25,418 nt of DNA. Source: a virus. Lineage: Duplodnaviria > Caudoviricetes. The stretch spans positions 1-25,418 of the IMG/VR virus record IMGVR_UViG_3300044723_003755, one strand, 5' to 3'. The position numbers were made by a program, and so were the translations under genes. Positions 17,425 through 21,501 of the stretch are shown piece by piece (position 1 is the first letter of the stretch; each line of letters starts with the position of its first letter). The notes below the pieces were generated by a model, which was not told where the DNA came from, did no database searches, and saw only the letters and a program-made list of their open reading frames with translations.

Positions 17425-17510
17425 TTGATAGTATTACATTTATAAACCAACGAGATGACGAAAGAATCATCTCTTAAGAAGATGAAACAGAAAGTGAACA
17501 TCTTCTTATA
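17387..17510 (-). ncRNA. Putative ~120-nt small RNA (two hairpins plus terminator)
   Basis: Own promoter at 17516-17543; perfect stems TAAGAAGATG/CATCTTCTTA and GAGATGA/TCATCTC; terminator; no RBS-led ORF. Confidence 0.72.
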
Positions 17511-17515
17511 GTCTC

Positions 17516-17543
17516 ATTATAGCACTGAATAGCAGTGTGTCAA
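17516..17543 (-). promoter_or_regulatory. Sigma70-type promoter for the sRNA
   Basis: TTGACA-16 nt-TATAAT with TGn extension. Confidence 0.82.
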
Positions 17544-17552
17544 CTGTGAAAT

Positions 17553-17584
17553 CAGGGTTTTTTCAGGTTTTTTCAGGTTTTTCA
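17553..17584. repeat. Three ~10-bp phased repeats (caggtttttt) between divergent promoters
   Basis: cagggtttttt caggtttttt caggttttt ca. Confidence 0.8.
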
Positions 17585-17587
17585 CGG

Positions 17588-17615
17588 TTGACAACGCTCA
17601 AGAATGCGTTATAAT
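17588..17615 (+). promoter_or_regulatory. Sigma70-type promoter on the + strand, with no obvious downstream gene
   Basis: TTGACA-16 nt-TATAAT. Confidence 0.65.
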
Positions 17616-17757
17616 AGGGCCCAAACCTGCTCATATGGTGATAAAACGCTGGAAATAGTGTCTGAAACGGTGTTTTTAGATTGACACATAAGGCCCTTAA
17701 AACGGATACAGTGCCTACTCTAGTCTAGGACCCTAACTGCCCTCTGACACAGTGATC

Positions 17758-18420
17758 CTAGTCGTCAAACTGTATGAAATTGCCCAGTAATCCCGTGTTC
17801 TTTTGCTTTCTACGTTCAGTCTGTGTGCTCACACTTGAATCAAAGTCCCATCTTATCTGCTGTTTGTCTTGTGCTGTGATCGTTGCTGATTGTGAGTCGT
17901 GTGTGTTCTCTTGTAAGATACGCACTGCTTCGTCTACAGTTTGGGCTTTACGCACTGCCACGCCCTGTTGGGTCAATCTCTGACACATCTGATCTATGTC
18001 CTGTTTGCTGGTTATACCCGTCTTGCTCTTGAGTTCAGTGTTCGTGCTTCTCTGTTGTCGCTGTTGGTGTGCTTGGTCATCATCGCACTCTAATTGTATT
18101 ACTAACTGCTCTATGTTGTCTTTGTGCCATTCTAGGTTGATTCCCGTCGCTATGCTCATCATCATACTCTCGTAGATGACCACGTAGCCCCGTTTTACCA
18201 AATGCTTCGCCACCGTGTTCAACTGCTGATTGTTGTTGTAGCCATCGCAACCACTCATCTTGGGGTATTGATCATAGTCGCCCAGTATGGCTATGTGCCC
18301 ATAGATGTCTGCTATCTTGGGCTGATGTGCTATGGTGTCGGTCTTGATCAGCGTGTCCCTGAATCGTTTCACTGCTGTGCTCTTGCCCGCCCCTGGTTGT
18401 GCTTTTATGGTGATGATCAT
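17758..18420 (-). CDS. P-loop nucleotide or DNA kinase resembling the 5-hydroxymethyluracil-DNA-kinase-like families of phage base-modification systems
   Basis: MIITIKAQPGAGKST (Walker A at the N-terminus), ILGDY.....SGCD, GYVVIYESMMMS, and a lid motif R.QR. Probable start is the ATG at 18420, 6 nt after TATAAT. Confidence 0.7.
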   Translation of the reverse strand: MIITIKAQPGAGKSTAVKRFRDTLIKTDTIAHQPKIADIYGHIAILGDYDQYPKMSGCDGYNNNQQLNTVAKHLVKRGYVVIYESMMMSIATGINLEWHKDNIEQLVIQLECDDDQAHQQRQQRSTNTELKSKTGITSKQDIDQMCQRLTQQGVAVRKAQTVDEAVRILQENTHDSQSATITAQDKQQIRWDFDSSVSTQTERRKQKNTGLLGNFIQFDD

Positions 18421-18426
18421 ACCTCT

Positions 18427-18455
18427 ATTATACAGTGTGCTCAAATCTCTGTCAA
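18427..18455 (-). promoter_or_regulatory. Sigma70-type promoter (leaderless transcript)
   Basis: TTGACA-17 nt-TATAAT-AGAGGT-ATG. Confidence 0.85.
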
Positions 18456-18482
18456 CCCCCTTGTGCGTCGCTGTGTGTAGCA

Positions 18483-18824
18483 CTAAACGGGCATTTTGAG
18501 CAACGCTAACGTGATTGAGTGCTGTAGATGTAGGGGCCAAGCATCAAGTCGCTGTGCTATCCACCCCAACCACTGATCACTGTCGCAGAATTCATCAGTC
18601 CTGGTTGCCCTGGCCAAGTGATGCTGGCAGTAGCCCTCGTGGTCAGTGCTGATCACGCCATCTATCTCAAACGCCGCTATCTCGTAGCGTGTCTGTTCAC
18701 GCAGTTGGTCAAAGGTGGCCTGCTCCTGTTGGGCCCACTGTATGAGCCTTGATCTGATGTGCTCAAACACCTCGAGGGGCCTGTTGTGTTGCTGTGCTAT
18801 TGATGTCAATGGGTCCTGCCGCAT
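18483..18824 (-). CDS. Hypothetical protein
   Basis: 113-aa ORF filling the space between the sRNA terminator and the kinase promoter. Confidence 0.6.
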   Translation of the reverse strand: MRQDPLTSIAQQHNRPLEVFEHIRSRLIQWAQQEQATFDQLREQTRYEIAAFEIDGVISTDHEGYCQHHLARATRTDEFCDSDQWLGWIAQRLDAWPLHLQHSITLALLKMPV

Positions 18825-18827
18825 AGT

Positions 18828-18997
18828 AAAAACCCCACGCCCAAAATAGGCTAGTATGAAGAACGTGGGGCCAAAGGAGACGGGCCAATGTCATAGCCCA
18901 TCAATAAACTGGGGATCAGTAGTATACCGCGCAGTATGGCCACACACCACGCTGTAAGGGTCAATAAAATGGCATATCGTATTGAAGTTGATCCCCA
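18828..18997 (-). ncRNA. Putative multi-hairpin antisense sRNA (~170 nt) ending in a terminator-like hairpin
   Basis: Follows TAAATA at 19002-19007; nested stems whose G.U pairs work only on the minus strand; CAU in or at all four terminal loops; CUCCUUU linker; 3' U-tract. Confidence 0.72.
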
Positions 18998-19001
18998 CTG
19001 A

Positions 19002-19051
19002 TATTTATCTCGCTCAAGAATCACCGGGTCAGATCTGAACCTTACTAAATA
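19002..19051. promoter_or_regulatory. Back-to-back TAAATA (T4-late-like) promoter words with a palindrome between them
   Basis: TAAATA on - at 19002-19007 and on + at 19046-19051; TCAGATCTGA at 19029-19038. Confidence 0.6.
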
Positions 19052-19469
19052 TCAATGAAATAGGCACAAACATAGGCATACTCAAACACACAAACACAAC
19101 TGACAGCACACACACTATATGAGTTCTACACACCCTCTTGATTGTGTATAGTTCTATTGCTGTAGGAACGCACTTGTTAGGCAAGGACAAGAGAAACAAA
19201 TGGGCAGTTATTGACACGATCTTTTGGAAATTTTGGGTCGTGTGCTTTGCTACACTAAAGCGGACCAACAGGCGAGTAGCAATTTGGAAATAGCCACTCT
19301 ACGGAGTGCGTGTGATATGTGAACCCGGCACGCAGGCAAATGGTGAATCGTTGGTCATCTAGATAGATTTCTTTTTTCAATGTATTTTGTTAAAAGTCAT
19401 CTACCTTGTGAGGAGAGAGTTGACGAAGACGCGAGTCTGAAGTCAATGAGTGCGTAGCACTCACTCTCC
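19052..19469 (+). ncRNA. Putative long structured non-coding RNA or replication-origin region
   Basis: No credible ORF; A/C-rich unstructured 5' part; several stems with + strand G.U pairs; a cUACGg tetraloop; two potential pseudoknots; a terminal three-way junction. Confidence 0.6.
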
Positions 19470-19474
19470 CATTT

Positions 19475-19480
19475 TAAATA
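19475..19480 (+). promoter_or_regulatory. TAAATA late-promoter-like word
   Basis: 6 nt before the ATG of the only + strand gene. Confidence 0.6.
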
Positions 19481-19486
19481 ACACGT

Positions 19487-19981
19487 ATGAACATCATTTG
19501 GTTCAATGGCCCCAGTCAACTTGATCTAGTTGATCGTGTGCCACCGCAAGATCAAGAGATAGGCTGTAATATGATCCGTGAACGCAGGTCAGTTGATCAC
19601 GTGTGTGTGTATGACTGGCAGATGTTGGACAAGATCACCGCTGGACCAGGTCTTTGGTGTCGCAATGGCATCACGCACCCAAGATTCACCCAAGTGCCTT
19701 ACCCATTGCGGCTACAACCACACAACAGTGGTGTGCTGGCACTACACTTGGCACGACATCTCAAATGGGATCACGCCCACATCATTGGTTGTGATTGGGG
19801 CATAGACAACTCAAGCGTGTTTGATTATGGCGATAGGAACAGTGTGTTGAAATACACCAACAGCCAGAAACAGATCGTTGAGGAGATCAGTGCTACCTTG
19901 AAGTTATACGTAGTAAATGATAACGAGGTGGATCTCCGAGTGGATCGGATATCAGTGCGTAGTTTTCTAGAGGCCGTTTAG
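19487..19981 (+). CDS. Maf/DUF115-like (sialyltransferase-fold, MptE-like) protein
   Basis: NGPS, IGCN, D, NSG.LAL.LA and IIGCD motifs; preceded by TAAATA-6 nt-ATG. Confidence 0.72.
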   Translation: MNIIWFNGPSQLDLVDRVPPQDQEIGCNMIRERRSVDHVCVYDWQMLDKITAGPGLWCRNGITHPRFTQVPYPLRLQPHNSGVLALHLARHLKWDHAHIIGCDWGIDNSSVFDYGDRNSVLKYTNSQKQIVEEISATLKLYVVNDNEVDLRVDRISVRSFLEAV

Positions 19982-20147
19982 GCATATCAAACTTACAACT
20001 GTGCTTGGGTGCTCCGGGACACAGGGCCGTGTGTGCTATCCTGCCCCTCTGCGTCATCTTCTCGCCCCTGCCCCTGTGGTTGGTCTTGCGTTCACATCTG
20101 AATTCGCCCAGATCGCGTATCCTGTCGCAGAAATCTTCAGGCTTCAT
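19893..20147 (-). CDS. Hypothetical small basic Cys-containing protein
   Basis: Starts 2 nt after the upstream stop; overlaps the 3' end of the convergent Maf-like gene by 89 bp. Confidence 0.4.
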   Translation of the reverse strand: MKPEDFCDRIRDLGEFRCERKTNHRGRGEKMTQRGRIAHTALCPGAPKHSCKFDMPKRPLENYALISDPLGDPPRYHLLRITSR

Positions 20148-20149
20148 TG

Positions 20150-20584
20150 TTAAGTGCTGGGCACTTCTGAATTGTCAGAGAAATATCTCCACACGCCGCC
20201 CGCGTAGTATACAGGTGTGTCCACTGTTGAATCACCGTCTGAAGCGATGGCTATCATACCCTCCGCTAGATCTGATCTAGCATAAAGGTCAGCACGTGTC
20301 TGTGGGTTCAGTTTCATCACGCTGTTGATGTTGACCAAGCCCGTGTTGGGAGTGATCGTCAGCGCCGTTGATGATGAACTGATGATGGTGTCAGGCAGTT
20401 GTGTGTTGGCGATCTTGCTGGATGCGTCCAATCCCGCCACGCCTGATGCCTGGTTCCTACCGTCAATCACGTTGGCCAGTTCATCAAGTGCCGTCTTAAG
20501 ATTGGGTCTGGCAGCCGCCGGATTGTCCGTGCCCGCATCTAAATTTGAAGTGTCTATATTACTGCTGTCTGTTGGCCAAGCCAT
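20150..20584 (-). CDS. Short fibre protein, WP-anchor paralog 3
   Basis: MAWPTDSSNIDTSNLDAGTDNPAAARPNLK...GVAGLDASSKI; AGGAG RBS; TAAATA at 20607-20612. Confidence 0.72.
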   Translation of the reverse strand: MAWPTDSSNIDTSNLDAGTDNPAAARPNLKTALDELANVIDGRNQASGVAGLDASSKIANTQLPDTIISSSSTALTITPNTGLVNINSVMKLNPQTRADLYARSDLAEGMIAIASDGDSTVDTPVYYAGGVWRYFSDNSEVPST

Positions 20585-20606
20585 ATGTTGTTTCTCCTGT
20601 TGTTGT

Positions 20607-20612
20607 TATTTA
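20607..20612 (-). promoter_or_regulatory. TAAATA late-promoter-like word
   Basis: Lies in the 37-bp gap before the 20584 gene. Confidence 0.6.
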
Positions 20613-20621
20613 ACGATGTCA

Positions 20622-21500
20622 TTACGTTTTCACTAGGTTTCCCTCTGCGTCTATGGCACTGCCTCCCAATCCCTTGACCAGTATGTCAACTGTGGCGTCA
20701 ATCTCGGTGCCAGTATTGGGTTTGAACAATCTCACAGTGATGCTGTTAGTGGTTGAACTGACGAATTGACTCAACGGCACCGTGGTGATGTTTGACGTGG
20801 TGATTGATCCCGCGTCTCCCACGAAATAGCCCGTCGCCACGTATGCGTTGGCCACGTAAAGACTGCCACCCCCACTTGAACCTGTTGCGTTGGTGTCAGT
20901 GATAGTGGTCAGTGGTGTTATGCCCACGAAGTTGATGGCACTGTAAGTGTTCCTAGTGCTGATCGTCCTGTCAACGCTAGATCCATCATCAACGGTTGAA
21001 GTGTCAAAGTTCTCTATGACCTCTTCAATGCCTGACGTGTCAAGGTTGATGTTGAAACCCGTGAATCCCTGTGGGGTAGTGTTGGTGCCTGAATTTATAG
21101 TGAATGTGAATCTGTAGTATCTGAATTTACCTATGCTTGAGTAGGCGGGGTCTGTGTCTTTTGTGAGTGTTGTGCTACTGACACCACTGCTCATATCGGC
21201 CACATCACTGCCTTCTATCTGGATCTTGGGGTAGTCAGTGTCAAGGAATGGTGTAGCATCCGTGCCATCTCTGGCCACGAACACAGTGGCCAGTGGTAGA
21301 ACGGTAGCACTGGCACCAAAGTCAATGATGTCAGTTGTGAATTCAACCTCCGTGTCTGGGTTGCCTGACAACTCCTGATACCACCCAGTCCAACTGTCCC
21401 ACCCTCCGGTGTATGGTGATGAAGCCAAGTCGTCCCAAGTCAATGTGTCCTTGGGCAGATAGATCTGCTGATTTACGTCAAAGAAACCTGTCCTAGCCAT
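20622..21500 (-). CDS. Tail-tip or baseplate accessory structural protein
   Basis: Directly downstream of the gpJ-like gene; TW...W..W..W, D.G and RYYRF beta-sandwich motifs; GGAGG RBS. Confidence 0.7.
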   Translation of the reverse strand: MARTGFFDVNQQIYLPKDTLTWDDLASSPYTGGWDSWTGWYQELSGNPDTEVEFTTDIIDFGASATVLPLATVFVARDGTDATPFLDTDYPKIQIEGSDVADMSSGVSSTTLTKDTDPAYSSIGKFRYYRFTFTINSGTNTTPQGFTGFNINLDTSGIEEVIENFDTSTVDDGSSVDRTISTRNTYSAINFVGITPLTTITDTNATGSSGGGSLYVANAYVATGYFVGDAGSITTSNITTVPLSQFVSSTTNSITVRLFKPNTGTEIDATVDILVKGLGGSAIDAEGNLVKT

Positions 21501-21501
21501 A

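Noticed and set aside
17452-17508. CRISPR-repeat mimic (RNA anti-CRISPR), suggested by GTTCACT and GAAAC/GAAAG words
   Set aside because: Similarity is limited to 5-7 nt and the stem placement does not match type I repeat hairpins. Kept only as a generic sRNA.
16641-17697. 11-bp repeat cataaggccct at 16641 and 17687
   Set aside because: Both copies are intergenic, but two copies of 11 bp are too weak to call without comparative data.
14828-18455. Recurring attatagca...gtcaac segments as a CRISPR array or mobile-element ends
   Set aside because: The spacing is irregular and gene-sized, and the conserved parts are exactly the -10 and -35 promoter boxes.
15415-18540. Longer starts given by the ORF track (15533, 15795, 16592, 17361, 18540; also 23508 and 24058)
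   Set aside because: They run through promoters or upstream genes. Downstream starts have clear RBSs, gene coupling or leaderless geometry.
19029-19268. 79-aa minus-strand ORF in the control region
   Set aside because: TTG start with no RBS, low-complexity sequence from the AC-rich tract, and overlap with clear RNA structure.
19052-19469. Retron msr-msd or DGR interpretation of the structured region
   Set aside because: No reverse transcriptase (no YADD-type ORF) in the window, no evident a1/a2 inverted repeats, and no template/variable repeat pair differing at adenines.
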